Numbered from the stretch's first letter, positions 1-9,675 are shown. The stretch: 64,000 nt of DNA from Dehalococcoidia bacterium (GCA_963663235.2 CAXXNO010000006.1:192001-256000), one strand, 5' to 3'. Numbers and translations are program-made. The notes: generated from the sequence alone by a model not told the origin.

Positions 1-701
1 AGGATCTCCAGTCGTGCGCCGGGGATACGGCGGCTCATGATCACGCTGCCGCCGGGCGGCGTGATGCGGTCCTGCGCCCCCTGGAGGATCAGGGTGGGAC
101 AGGAGAGGCCGTCCAGTTCCGCCGTGTAGTTGTAGTCGCTCACGGCGCGACCCCCGGCGGCGTAGGCGAGGGGGTCGTTCTTGAGGCGCTGGGCGTCGTA
201 GGCGTCCAGCGCGGCCTCGTGGGTTTGCTGGAAGTCCTCCGAGAACTGCAGGGCCGGGCGCTTGCCGACGATGGCGGCCATGCCGTCGCTCTCGAGGCGC
301 TCGGCGATCAAGTTCCAGCGCTGCGCCGCCTTGGGGCCGACCTCGCTGGAGGTGTTCATGAGGATCAGAGCGCGGGTGCGATCGGGGTAGTCCAGGGCAA
401 AGCGCTGGGCAACCACGCCGCCCATGGAGAAGCCGAGGACCACGGCGCGCGGAATCGCTAGAGCGTCGAGGAGGCCGGCAAGGTCCCGGGCCCAGACCGC
501 AGGCGTCACGGGGCCGTGAGGCTTGTCGGAGCGCCCGAAGCCGCGGACGTCCCATCGCAGCACGCGGTACCGCGCCTCGAGCGCCGCGGCCGTAGCGTCC
601 CAGTCCTGCAGACGGCCGCCCATGCCGTGGGTCAGCACGAGGTCGGGGCCGTCGCCTCCGATCTCGTAGTTGATCGCGATATCGCCCGTCTGGGTGCGCA
701 T
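1..701 (-). CDS. alpha/beta hydrolase (3-oxoadipate enol-lactonase-like), runs off window start
   Basis: Manual translation from ATG at 701: MRTQTGDIAINYEIGGDGPDLVLTHGMGG...WDVRGFGRS...GFSMGG (nucleophile elbow)...LILQGAQDRITP; GGAG RBS upstream. Confidence 0.9.
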   Translation of the reverse strand, partial: MRTQTGDIAINYEIGGDGPDLVLTHGMGGRLQDWDATAAALEARYRVLRWDVRGFGRSDKPHGPVTPAVWARDLAGLLDALAIPRAVVLGFSMGGVVAQRFALDYPDRTRALILMNTSSEVGPKAAQRWNLIAERLESDGMAAIVGKRPALQFSEDFQQTHEAALDAYDAQRLKNDPLAYAAGGRAVSDYNYTAELDGLSCPTLILQGAQDRITPPGGSVIMSRRIPGARLEI

Positions 702-738
702 GTCGCCGGCTCCGATTCTCCAGATCTCTGCGCGGGCT

Positions 739-757
739 TTCTTACGGCGTTCTTACG
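739..757. promoter_or_regulatory. direct repeat TTCTTACG x2 with 11-bp period, possible response-regulator box
   Basis: Copies at 739-746 and 750-757 in a divergent intergenic region. Confidence 0.35.
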
Positions 758-857
758 ATCGCATCACGCAACCGGGGAAGAGCGCAAACATTCCGCGCCT
801 AACGTCAGTCGTGTCGCAAGTACGACAGGAACAGGAAATGGAAAGAGAGGATAGCAG

Positions 858-1571
858 ATGCGAATGCGACAGAGACTGATGATCGGTGTGGTGACGGCGA
901 CAGCGTTGGTAGGTGCCACGGCGGGCGTCGTGGCGGCGCAAAGCGCACCCGGGGGAGACGATCCCGGGACGGCGAACGCGCAGCAGCGTCCGTCGCGGAA
1001 CGGGGCCGGTCCGGCGGCCGCGGCGGCGGAGCTCTTGGGCATTACGCCGGAGGAGTTCATCGAGCAGGTGCGCGCGGGATCGACGCCGGTCGAGATCGCG
1101 GCGTCGTTGGGTGTCGATGCGGACACGCTGGTGCAGGGCGTGGTGTCCGCGCTGCTGACGCAGATCAGCGAGGATCTGCCGGGGCGGATCGCCGCGTGGG
1201 CAGACGGCGAGCGTCTCGAGGGGCAGCGGTCCGGTCAACACCGCGGGGCTCGCGTCCTGGGGCAGGCGGCCGAATTCATCGGCGTCAGCATCCAGGCCCT
1301 GGTGACGGCCTTGCAAGAGGGCCAAACGATCGCGGACGTGGCGGCGGCCAACGGGTCGTCCGGCGACGCGGTGATCGCGGCGGCCGTGGCTGAGGCCGAG
1401 GCACGGCTGGCGGAGAAGGTCGCGGCCGGCGAGCTAACGCAGGAAGAGGCCGACGCGCGGCTGGCGGAGATCACCGAACGGGTGACGGAGCGGGTGAACA
1501 GCCCCTTCGAGTTCCGCGGCGATGGCCCGCCTCGCGGCGGCGACGGGTTCGCATCGGGGCCGACGCTCTAG
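858..1571 (+). CDS. secreted helical-repeat hypothetical protein
   Basis: Signal peptide, then two repeats of an AAE(L/F)(L/I)G...L..G.T...A...G unit; GAGG RBS. Confidence 0.8.
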   Translation: MRMRQRLMIGVVTATALVGATAGVVAAQSAPGGDDPGTANAQQRPSRNGAGPAAAAAELLGITPEEFIEQVRAGSTPVEIAASLGVDADTLVQGVVSALLTQISEDLPGRIAAWADGERLEGQRSGQHRGARVLGQAAEFIGVSIQALVTALQEGQTIADVAAANGSSGDAVIAAAVAEAEARLAEKVAAGELTQEEADARLAEITERVTERVNSPFEFRGDGPPRGGDGFASGPTL

Positions 1572-1694
1572 CGTCGCGCCTCGTGCGTGCGGGTGGGGCT
1601 CGGGGGGAGACCTCTGGGCCTCGTCCGCGTTTCGCCGCTGCGGCCCCAAGAAGGAGCGCTGCTAGTATCGGCGGAAGGTGGACGGGAGCGGCAC

Positions 1695-2885
1695 ATGGAC
1701 TTTCGGTTTTCCAGCGACGACGAGGCGTTCCGCCGGGACCTAGAGGCGTTCTTGGACGTGGAGGTGCCGGCCTCGTGGACCGATGGCGTCGTGGGGATCA
1801 ATCCCGGGGACGACAATAGAGACTCAGAGTTCGAGTGGCGGTTCATGCGCGGGTTCCAGCGCAAGCTGGTCGACAAGGGCTGGCTGACGCTGGCCTGGCC
1901 CAAGGAGCACGGGGGCGCGGGGGCGGGCTATGTGCGCCAGGCGCTGTTCGCGGAAACGATGGCCGCCCGCCGGGCGCCGGTGTACAACCAGGGCCTGGAC
2001 CGGGTGGGGCCGACGCTCATGCGCTACGGCAGCGCGGAGCAACAAGAGCGGTTCCTGCCGCGCATCGGCAGCGGCGAGATCTTCTTCTGCCAGGGGTTCA
2101 GCGAGCCGGGCGCCGGCTCCGACCTGGCCAGCGTGCAGACGCGCGCGGTCCGCGACGGGGACGACTACGTCATCAACGGGCAGAAGATCTGGACGTCGCA
2201 CGCGCACCGGGCAGAGTGGATGTTCCTACTGACGCGCAGCGACCCGGACGCCCGCAAGCACAAAGGGATCTCCTACTTCCTGGTGGACATGCAGAGCCCG
2301 GGGATCACCGTGCGGCCGTTGCTGGACCTATCGGGCCGGCACCACTTCAACGAGGTCTTCTTCGAGGACCTGCGCGTGCCGGCGATCAACCGGGTGGGCG
2401 AGGAGAACGAAGGCTGGTACGTGGCCGCGACCACGCTGGACTTCGAGCGCTCAGGCATCGCGCGGGTGGTGGCGGCGATCCGCACGCTGGAAGAGCTCAC
2501 CGCGTTCGCCAAGCGTCCGGGTCCGGACGGGCGACGGGCGATCGACAACGAGCGGGTGCGACATCGGCTGGCGGAGATGCACATCGAGTTCGCGGTGGGA
2601 AGGCTACTGGCCTACCGGGTGGCGTCGATGCTGGACGCGGGGGAGCGCCCGGGCGTGGAGGCGAGCATCAGCAAGCTGTTCGGATCCGAAGTGCAGCAGC
2701 GGTTGGCGGGGCTGATCAACATGGTGGGGTTGAGCGGAGCGCTGACGCTGGGGTCGGAGTGGGCGCCGCTGGGCGGGCGTCTGCCGCACGAGTACTTGCT
2801 GGCGGTGCAGTTGACGATCGCCGCAGGGACGAGCGAGATCCAGCGCAACATCATCGCGACGCGGGGGCTGGGGCTACCGCGCTAA
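1695..2885 (+). CDS. acyl-CoA dehydrogenase
   Basis: MDFRFS start; CQGFSEPGAGSDLA, INGQKIWTS and TIAAGTSEIQRNII motifs. Confidence 0.95.
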   Translation: MDFRFSSDDEAFRRDLEAFLDVEVPASWTDGVVGINPGDDNRDSEFEWRFMRGFQRKLVDKGWLTLAWPKEHGGAGAGYVRQALFAETMAARRAPVYNQGLDRVGPTLMRYGSAEQQERFLPRIGSGEIFFCQGFSEPGAGSDLASVQTRAVRDGDDYVINGQKIWTSHAHRAEWMFLLTRSDPDARKHKGISYFLVDMQSPGITVRPLLDLSGRHHFNEVFFEDLRVPAINRVGEENEGWYVAATTLDFERSGIARVVAAIRTLEELTAFAKRPGPDGRRAIDNERVRHRLAEMHIEFAVGRLLAYRVASMLDAGERPGVEASISKLFGSEVQQRLAGLINMVGLSGALTLGSEWAPLGGRLPHEYLLAVQLTIAAGTSEIQRNIIATRGLGLPR

Positions 2886-2909
2886 GTCGTATCGCGGGCG
2901 GGGGCGGGG

Positions 2910-3251
2910 TCAGGAGCTGCCGGCGCGGGCGCGACGGATGAAGGCGTTGCCCAACGCGCCCCAGGTCGTCACGAGAAACGGCACTAGGTAGGTCAACGGA
3001 ATCTGCCAGGCGAGCGAGCCAGAGAAGTCGCCGTCGATCATGCCAGGCACTTGGTTAATCGTCACGAGGATGGAACCGACCACGGCGGCGGTGGCGAGCG
3101 AGCGGCGCAACATGCGGGGATTCCTCAAGGCGCAGAGAGTGCAGCTGAGGACGAAGCCGACGTCGCTGCGCATGCGGAAGGTGAAATGCGCGCCGGGACG
3201 GTCCTCCCGGTGGGGGCAGATCCGTGTTGGAGGGGGCGAGGTCTCCGTCAT
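2910..3251 (-). CDS. small membrane protein, NrtS-like, with N-terminal CxH/CxxC
   Basis: RRSLATAAVVGSILVTINQ...IPLTYLVPFLVTTWG resembles the NrtS family. Confidence 0.7.
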   Translation of the reverse strand: MTETSPPPTRICPHREDRPGAHFTFRMRSDVGFVLSCTLCALRNPRMLRRSLATAAVVGSILVTINQVPGMIDGDFSGSLAWQIPLTYLVPFLVTTWGALGNAFIRRARAGSS

Positions 3252-3260
3252 CGCCGCCGG

Positions 3261-5189
3261 CTACTCGCCGTCGGCGCCGGCCGCGGCGTCGGCATCCCCC
3301 ACTGCGTCAGCGTCTTCGGGAAGGGAGCGATCTGTGGGGTAATCCTCGTGCTCGGTGTCGAGCCAGGTTTTGTCGAATTGGTGCCCGGACCAGGCGAACT
3401 CGAGACTGCGCTCGTCGACGTGGAAATAGGGTCGAGAGATGCCCAGCTGGATGCCGTTGGTGACGTTGACCAGCCAGAAGGGGTCCTCCAGGAAGATCTC
3501 CTGCACCTCCAGCGCCAGCGTGCGTCGTTCCTGCAAGTCGAAGGTGCGCTTCATTTTGTCCACACGATCATCGACGTCCGGGTTGGAGTAGCGCCCCCAG
3601 TTTTCCGGACCGCCGGTGCGCGCCTGGCGTAGCCAGAGACTGGTGGGGTCGGCCTCGGCCTGCTGAAGGGCGACAGGGCCGAGGCCCATGAATGCCGGCA
3701 GCGTTCCAGCGGCCAGCGAATCAAAGATGTCCTGGTAGGAGCGGAAGGAGATCTCCACCGGAAGGTCGAGATTGCGCTGGAGCATGGCCTGGATGGTATC
3801 CGCGATACCGGGGAAGAAGCCCTGGAAGAGGTCGGGGATGACCAGGGGGATCGGGGGGAGGAGGTCGGGGCCGCCGGCGGCGTCCACGAGCGCCCGGATC
3901 TCGGGGAGGTCCTCCTCCTTGTCGGGGCGGTAGCCGGGCCGGGTGAGGAGGTCATCCTCCGGGATCGCCCAGTCGTCGAGGTACCAGGGCACGGGCCCCG
4001 ACAAGCGGCCGTCGCCGAAGTAGAGGCGGTCGATCAACTCGAAGCGGTCGATGGCCAAGTGGACGGCGCGAGCGAGGCGGCGGTCGGCGAAGGGGTTGTC
4101 CGGGTCATCGCTCAAGAGGAAACCGAGCTGCACGGCCGTCTGGATCGGGCGCTCATGGCGGTTGTCGTCCGGAAACGCCTCGCGCAGAGCCAGCGCGGCG
4201 GGGTGGCTGAGCGGGAAGTCGATCAGGTCCACGCTGCCGTTCAAATAGGCGGAGTCGGCAGCGGCGGCAGGCGCTTCGACGAAGCGCCAGCCCTCCGGAA
4301 AGGCCGTGTCCGGCTTCCACCAGTTGCTGGAGCGTTTGAGGAGGAGGTCCAGCCCCTGCGTGAAAGAGACCGGAAGATAGGGCCCCGTGCCGCTGTTGAG
4401 GTCGACGTTGGTGGGTACATCGCGCCAGGAGTCGCCGAACTCCTCAAGAGCCTCGGGGCTCGTCATCCAGGCCCAGGGGCCGGCGTGGACTGTGCCGAGG
4501 TAGGTGGAATCGGGTCCGTCCGTGCGGAGCACTATGGTGCGGTCGCCGGTGACCTCCATTGAGACCGTGCGGGTGTAGTCGGCCTGTCGGAAGAAGAGGA
4601 GGTCGGGATTCTCCTGCGCGTCGAGCCCTTCGATCTGGCGCTGGATGTTGAAGCGGATGTCGTCAGCGGTGAAGGAGCGGCCGTCGGTGGGTGACTGGTC
4701 CCAGAAGCGGGCCTCGGGCTTCACCTGGAAGATGTAGGTCTCTTCGTCCGGCATCTCCGGCAGGCCGGTCAGATCGCCCTCCATGGAGCCGTCCGAGATG
4801 GAATCCCAGCGGACGAGGCGGTTGTACATGAAGCTGTGCCAGAGTTGCGTCTGGGTGAAGCGGCTGCGATGCGGATCCCAGCGGTCGTGGTTCTGCTGAT
4901 CGGTTTGGGCCGGCAGCGCAGCGATCCCACCGGCCACGGGCGCGGTGGGGGGTTCGCGGCGGGGCTCGGGTTCCGATTGCGCTTGGGCCTCGGCCTGCAT
5001 GACCGCCTGGGCAACCTGATCGGCGGCCTGCTCGGCGTCGACGGTCTCGTCCTCCGGCGACGCGGGCTCGTCATCGCCGCCACAGCCGACGGCGGCAATC
5101 GCCGCCGCGCCGATCCCGGCGGAAGCGGCGGCGCGCAAGAGCACCCGGCGCGGCACGCGTGAATGGCGCCAGGAAGATGCGTGGCTCAT
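3261..5189 (-). CDS. ABC transporter family-5 substrate-binding lipoprotein (Tat signal)
   Basis: PRRVLLRAA...AVGC Tat-lipobox; FTADDIRFNI and GTGPY motifs. Confidence 0.9.
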   Translation of the reverse strand: MSHASSWRHSRVPRRVLLRAAASAGIGAAAIAAVGCGGDDEPASPEDETVDAEQAADQVAQAVMQAEAQAQSEPEPRREPPTAPVAGGIAALPAQTDQQNHDRWDPHRSRFTQTQLWHSFMYNRLVRWDSISDGSMEGDLTGLPEMPDEETYIFQVKPEARFWDQSPTDGRSFTADDIRFNIQRQIEGLDAQENPDLLFFRQADYTRTVSMEVTGDRTIVLRTDGPDSTYLGTVHAGPWAWMTSPEALEEFGDSWRDVPTNVDLNSGTGPYLPVSFTQGLDLLLKRSSNWWKPDTAFPEGWRFVEAPAAAADSAYLNGSVDLIDFPLSHPAALALREAFPDDNRHERPIQTAVQLGFLLSDDPDNPFADRRLARAVHLAIDRFELIDRLYFGDGRLSGPVPWYLDDWAIPEDDLLTRPGYRPDKEEDLPEIRALVDAAGGPDLLPPIPLVIPDLFQGFFPGIADTIQAMLQRNLDLPVEISFRSYQDIFDSLAAGTLPAFMGLGPVALQQAEADPTSLWLRQARTGGPENWGRYSNPDVDDRVDKMKRTFDLQERRTLALEVQEIFLEDPFWLVNVTNGIQLGISRPYFHVDERSLEFAWSGHQFDKTWLDTEHEDYPTDRSLPEDADAVGDADAAAGADGE

Positions 5190-5369
5190 GAATCTCTCAG
5201 CGCTTTGCCCCGGCCGCGGGTTAGCGTAACCGTCTCCGCGGTAGCGTTCCAGCGCGTGGGGAAGCAGGAGGCCGGGGGTACCGCCAAAATGGGGGGGGAA
5301 TCGCTATTATGCCTCGGCCCCCGGGAACGGGGCCGGGACGGCCAAGATTAGCAGCGGCGGGAGGGCTCG

Positions 5370-6344
5370 ATGGCACGGAAGCACCTGGAGGGGAAGGTTG
5401 CGATCGTCACGGGGGCGGGTCACGGCATCGGCCGGGGGGTGGCGCTGACGTTCGCGCGCGAGGGGGCGAAGGTGGTGGTGAACGACTACGGAGGGCCGCC
5501 CAACGAGATTGGGGAGCAGAGCAGCGAGGCGGCCAATGCGGTGGTGGAGGAGATCCGTAAGGGGGGCGGCGAGGCGGTCGCGAATGCGGGCAGCGTGGCG
5601 AAGATGTCGACGGGCGAGGCGTTGGTGCAACTGGCGCTGGACAACTTCGGGAAGCTGGACATCGCGGTCTGCTGCGCCGGGATTTTGCGCGAGCGCATGG
5701 TGTTTAACATGACGGAGGATGAGTGGGACGACATCGTGGCCGTGCATTTGAAGGGGCACTTCGCCGTGACGAAGTACGCCTCGCAGGTGTTCCGGCAGCA
5801 GCGCAGCGGACGGTTGATCTTCATTTCGTCGAATGCGATGTTCGGCAGCCCCGGCCAGCCGAACTACTCGGCGGCGAAAGCGGGGATCTGGGGCTTCATG
5901 CGCTCCTGCGCCAACGCGCTGGGCCGCTACAACGTCACCTGCAACGCCATCCTGCCGGCGGCGTCGACGCGGCTGATGGACCGGACGCCGCAGGCGATGC
6001 AGCAGATGGAGAAAGCCGGAATCGTATCGTCGGAGGTGAACGTGGGGACACGCCGTGACCCCGTGAGCATCGCGCCGTGGCTGGTGTACCTGGCGTCGGA
6101 GGAGGCGCAGGGCGTCACCGGCCAGGCGTTTGGCGTGCGCGGGTACGACGTGGTGCTCTACAGCCACCCGCACGAGAAGTTCCTCCTCCGGAGCGAAGGG
6201 GATCAGCCCTGGGACATGGAGCGGCTGTTCGAGCGGGCTGAGCACGAGATGATGCCGCGGCTGGAAGATCCGCTGCTCGGCCGGGCGGCGGACGTAGGGG
6301 GCTACGCGACGACCGCCGAGGGCGACGCGCGGCCGGGATTGTAG
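5370..6344 (+). CDS. short-chain dehydrogenase/reductase
   Basis: TGAGHGIG and YSAAK motifs. Confidence 0.95.
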   Translation: MARKHLEGKVAIVTGAGHGIGRGVALTFAREGAKVVVNDYGGPPNEIGEQSSEAANAVVEEIRKGGGEAVANAGSVAKMSTGEALVQLALDNFGKLDIAVCCAGILRERMVFNMTEDEWDDIVAVHLKGHFAVTKYASQVFRQQRSGRLIFISSNAMFGSPGQPNYSAAKAGIWGFMRSCANALGRYNVTCNAILPAASTRLMDRTPQAMQQMEKAGIVSSEVNVGTRRDPVSIAPWLVYLASEEAQGVTGQAFGVRGYDVVLYSHPHEKFLLRSEGDQPWDMERLFERAEHEMMPRLEDPLLGRAADVGGYATTAEGDARPGL

Positions 6345-6463
6345 CGGGCTGCGCATCGACTGGACGCTCTTGGGCGCTGGACGCTCTGGGGAGGCCGCGC
6401 CATACTGGCGCTGAGCGATGCGCCGGTGCGTTTCGGCGAACGAACCGGCGCGTGTAGGGAGGC

Positions 6464-6874
6464 ATGACGGTGTCGCTGGCGTCAGATCTGAGGGCAGCGG
6501 CGTTCGATCGCAGTCAGCCGATCCCGGTCCAGTTTCTGCTGCTGGCGATGCTGCCGATGATCATCGCCATCGATCGTAGCGTGCCGTTGCCGATCCGGGC
6601 CATGGTGGCACTGCCTGCGCTGATCGTGGGCGGGGTTCTCTTCGTTGTGGTGAACGCGATCATGGTGAATCTGGGCGCGGGGAACCAGCACTTGAGCACC
6701 AACGAGGGCGGGTTCGAGCAGTTGCTGCTGTGGATCATTGTAGGGGCCGGGCTCGCCATCGGGCTGGGGATGGGCGGATTCATCTATTTCGGGGTGCGGC
6801 GCGGCGGCATGGACGCAGCGGGCGACGAGGAAGACGAGGATGCGGGCGGCGAGAGCGGGATGCTGGAGGTCTGA
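6464..6874 (+). CDS. hypothetical membrane protein with acidic tail
   Basis: GGAGG RBS; three hydrophobic segments. Confidence 0.7.
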   Translation: MTVSLASDLRAAAFDRSQPIPVQFLLLAMLPMIIAIDRSVPLPIRAMVALPALIVGGVLFVVVNAIMVNLGAGNQHLSTNEGGFEQLLLWIIVGAGLAIGLGMGGFIYFGVRRGGMDAAGDEEDEDAGGESGMLEV

Positions 6875-6878
6875 TCTT

Positions 6879-7155
6879 TCGGTGATCGCGCCCAACGGGT
6901 GCGGCAAGAGCGGCCGGTCGATCGCGGCGAGACGACTGTCCATCCTCCGTAGCACACGGAATCTTTGTCGGTGATCGCGCCCGACGGGTGCGGTAAGAGC
7001 GGCTGGTCGATCGCGGCGAGACGACCGTCCATCCTCCGTAGCACAGGGAATCGTTTCGGTGATCGCGACCAAGGGGTGCGGTAAGAGCAGTTGATCGATC
7101 GCGGCGCGAAGACCGTCCGATCTCCGTAGCACACGCCGTCGCACACGGAATCGTC
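6879..7155. repeat. three tandem copies of an 88-89 bp unit
   Basis: Units begin TCGGTGATCGCG at 6879, 6968 and 7056; each contains GGGTGCGG(C/T)AAGAGC and CTCCGTAGCAC. Confidence 0.9.
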
Positions 7156-7174
7156 AGGCCGCAGCCGGAGCCGC

Positions 7175-8134
7175 CTAGGTATCGGGCGGGCGGTTGGGGT
7201 TCATATCGCGCGCGAGGGGGGAGCCGGGGACAGCGGCGTCGATGGCGTCGAGGGTCCAGCCGCCCTCGCGGATGAAGGCGGCCTCGACGAGCGGCTCGGC
7301 ATAAAGGCCGATGCGGCCGCCGCCGACGAAGAAGGTGCGGCCGTTGATGCGGGCGGCGTTGTCCGTGCACAGCCACACGACGAAGGGGGCCACAGTGGCG
7401 GGCCGCCAGGCGTCCGCCTTCAGGCCCTCACCGGCGAGGACGATCTCTTCCGGCATAGGGGGGTCGGCGAACTGGCCGGGCCGCTGGCGTAGCTCGCGCA
7501 TGCGCTCCAGATTCGCTTCGAGGTCCGGGTTCACCGTCATGCGTGTGTTGGCGGCGGGCCGGATGGCGTTGCAGGTCACGCCGTAGCGGCCAAGGTCTTT
7601 GGCCACCGTGCGCGTCAGCCCGACGATCGCCTCCTTGGCCGAGGAATAGGCAGCGTGACCCATGGCGCCAAGGCCGGCGGGCGAGGCCGTATTGACGATG
7701 CGCCCCGAGCGCTGCGGCCGAAAGATCTGCGAGGCGAACTTGACGCAGCTGAAAGCGCCCTTGAGGTGCACGTCCAGTTGGCGGTCCCACTCTTCCTGCG
7801 ACACCTTCCAGACCATCTGCTCCCGCAACACCCCGGCGTTGTTCACTAAGATGTCGAGGCGGCCGAAGGAATCGAGGGCCGCCTGGACCAAGTGCTCAGC
7901 GCCGTCATGGAGGGCGACGGAGTCGTAATTCGGGACGGCTTCGCCGCCGGCGTCGCGGATGGCCTGCGCCACGACATCGGCGGGGGTGTGGCTCTCGTCG
8001 CCGGACGCGCTCCCGCCGATGTCGCTGACGACGACGCGTGCGCCTTCGGCGGCGAGGGCCAGCGCCTCCTCGCGCCCGATGCCACCGCCTGCGCCGGTGA
8101 CGATAGCCACGCGCCCCTTGAGCCGGTCGCCCAC
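7175..8134 (-). CDS. short-chain dehydrogenase/reductase
   Basis: GTG start at 8134 after GGAGG; TGAGGGIG, NNAG, YSSAK. Confidence 0.93.
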   Translation of the reverse strand: MGDRLKGRVAIVTGAGGGIGREEALALAAEGARVVVSDIGGSASGDESHTPADVVAQAIRDAGGEAVPNYDSVALHDGAEHLVQAALDSFGRLDILVNNAGVLREQMVWKVSQEEWDRQLDVHLKGAFSCVKFASQIFRPQRSGRIVNTASPAGLGAMGHAAYSSAKEAIVGLTRTVAKDLGRYGVTCNAIRPAANTRMTVNPDLEANLERMRELRQRPGQFADPPMPEEIVLAGEGLKADAWRPATVAPFVVWLCTDNAARINGRTFFVGGGRIGLYAEPLVEAAFIREGGWTLDAIDAAVPGSPLARDMNPNRPPDT

Positions 8135-8175
8135 CGCGTCACCTCCACATCGGTGCTGCGCCGCGCCCGCCACCG

Positions 8176-9138
8176 CTACTCGTCGATCAGTTGCGGGTTC
8201 ATATCGCGGGCGAGGAAGGAGTTGGGCATGGCGGCGTCGATGGCGTCGACGGTCCAGCCGTCCTCGTGGAACAGCGCCGCCTCCACGATCGGCTCGGTGA
8301 AGAGGCCGATCTGATCGCCACCGACAAGGAAGGTGCGGCCGTTGATGTGCTTCGCCTGTTCGGTGCAAAGCCAGACGACCATGGGCGCGACGTTCTCCGC
8401 CCGGTAGAGGTCGGCCGAGGGCCCACCGCTCAGGAGCAAGAAAGCTTCCTGCTCGGGCGTGGCGAATTGGCCGGGCTTCTTGCGGAGCTCGGCCATGCGC
8501 TCCGAGGCGGCCTTCAACTCCGGATTCAGTGTCATGCGGGTGGCCGCCCGGGGCCGGATGGCGTTGCAGGTGACGTTGTAGCGGCCCAGGTCCTTGGCGA
8601 CGGTGCGCGTCAACCCGGCGATGCCCTCCTTGGCCGCGCCGTAGGACGCCTGACCCATGCTTCCCAACCCCGCCTCCGAGGAGGTGTTGACGATCCGGCC
8701 CCAGCGCTGCTGGCGGAAGATCTGGGAAGCGAAGCGGATGCAGGCGAAGTGCCCCTTGAGGTGCACACCGACCACTCGGTCCCACTCGTCCTCGGGGATG
8801 TTGTAGATCATGCGGTCGCGGAGGATGCCGGCGTTGTTGACGAGGATGTCGAGGCGATCGAAGGAGTCGAGCGCGGCCTGGACGATGCGTTCCGCCCCGG
8901 CCATGTCGGCGACCGACTCGTAGTTGGCGACCGCGTCACCGCCGGCGTCGCGGATCTCCTGGACCACGGCGTCGGCAGGACCGCTGCCGGCGTCGGCGGC
9001 GTCACCGTCCTGGCCGCCTCCGAGGTCGTTGACCACAACCTTTGCGCCCTCGGCCGCGAGGAGCATCGCCTCGCCACGGCCGATGCCGCGACCGGCGCCC
9101 GTGACGATAGCCACCCGGCCCTGCAATCGATCGCTCAT
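8176..9138 (-). CDS. short-chain dehydrogenase/reductase (tandem paralogue)
   Basis: TGAGRGIG, NNAG, YGAAK; very similar to the neighbouring SDR. Confidence 0.95.
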   Translation of the reverse strand: MSDRLQGRVAIVTGAGRGIGRGEAMLLAAEGAKVVVNDLGGGQDGDAADAGSGPADAVVQEIRDAGGDAVANYESVADMAGAERIVQAALDSFDRLDILVNNAGILRDRMIYNIPEDEWDRVVGVHLKGHFACIRFASQIFRQQRWGRIVNTSSEAGLGSMGQASYGAAKEGIAGLTRTVAKDLGRYNVTCNAIRPRAATRMTLNPELKAASERMAELRKKPGQFATPEQEAFLLLSGGPSADLYRAENVAPMVVWLCTEQAKHINGRTFLVGGDQIGLFTEPIVEAALFHEDGWTVDAIDAAMPNSFLARDMNPQLIDE

Positions 9139-9251
9139 CAGCGTGCCTCCCTCGACTAGACCAGTCCGCGGGCGCCATTATGGCCGAGGCAGGGCCGGCG
9201 GGCCAGGCGGGGGTAAGGCTGGTGGGTCTGGGCTGTACGAGCGGGGCGGCC

Positions 9252-9280
9252 TTGACAAATTACGTTCAAGTGTGTAAACA
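9252..9280 (+). promoter_or_regulatory. putative sigma70 promoter
   Basis: TTGACA-N17-TAAACA in an AT-rich patch upstream of 9322. Confidence 0.5.
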
Positions 9281-9321
9281 ATAAGACAGATCTTGGTGGC
9301 GGGGTCGAGGAGTGACCCCGC

Positions 9322-9633
9322 ATGGTACACGCGCAGGTTCACCGATTCGACCTCGCAGAGCTTCTGCCCGTCGCGAGCGAGTGCACAGTCCTGAGCCCCA
9401 GTGGCACGGTTCTCGGCAAAGGCCGTGTGATCCCGCGCGAGCAGGAGCACACGGAAGAGGCGTACAGCGTGCAGATCGCCGAGGTGACCCCGAAGGGGGT
9501 CCTGGAGTCGCTGATGTACGCCGACAGGCCGGAGGTTGCGCTCCGCCTAGACGGGGGAGCGGAACTGGACGTGCGACTGGACCACATCACCGGCGCGCCC
9601 AGCCGGCGACGGTTCTTCTGCCACTTGCGTTAG
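9322..9633 (+). CDS. hypothetical protein
   Basis: GAGGAG RBS, plausible globular 103 aa ORF. Confidence 0.7.
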   Translation: MVHAQVHRFDLAELLPVASECTVLSPSGTVLGKGRVIPREQEHTEEAYSVQIAEVTPKGVLESLMYADRPEVALRLDGGAELDVRLDHITGAPSRRRFFCHLR

Positions 9634-9675
9634 CGGCGGTCGACGGAGCGGGCAGCGCGACCGTAGGATCGGTCG

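Noticed and set aside
6879-7155. CRISPR array or coding repeat
   Set aside because: The whole unit is repeated with no spacer, and the 88-89 bp period breaks the reading frame.
7175-8785. 536 aa fused SDR as given in the ORF track
   Set aside because: The upstream part is an off-frame reading of the neighbouring SDR; the real start is GTG 8134 with a GGAGG RBS.
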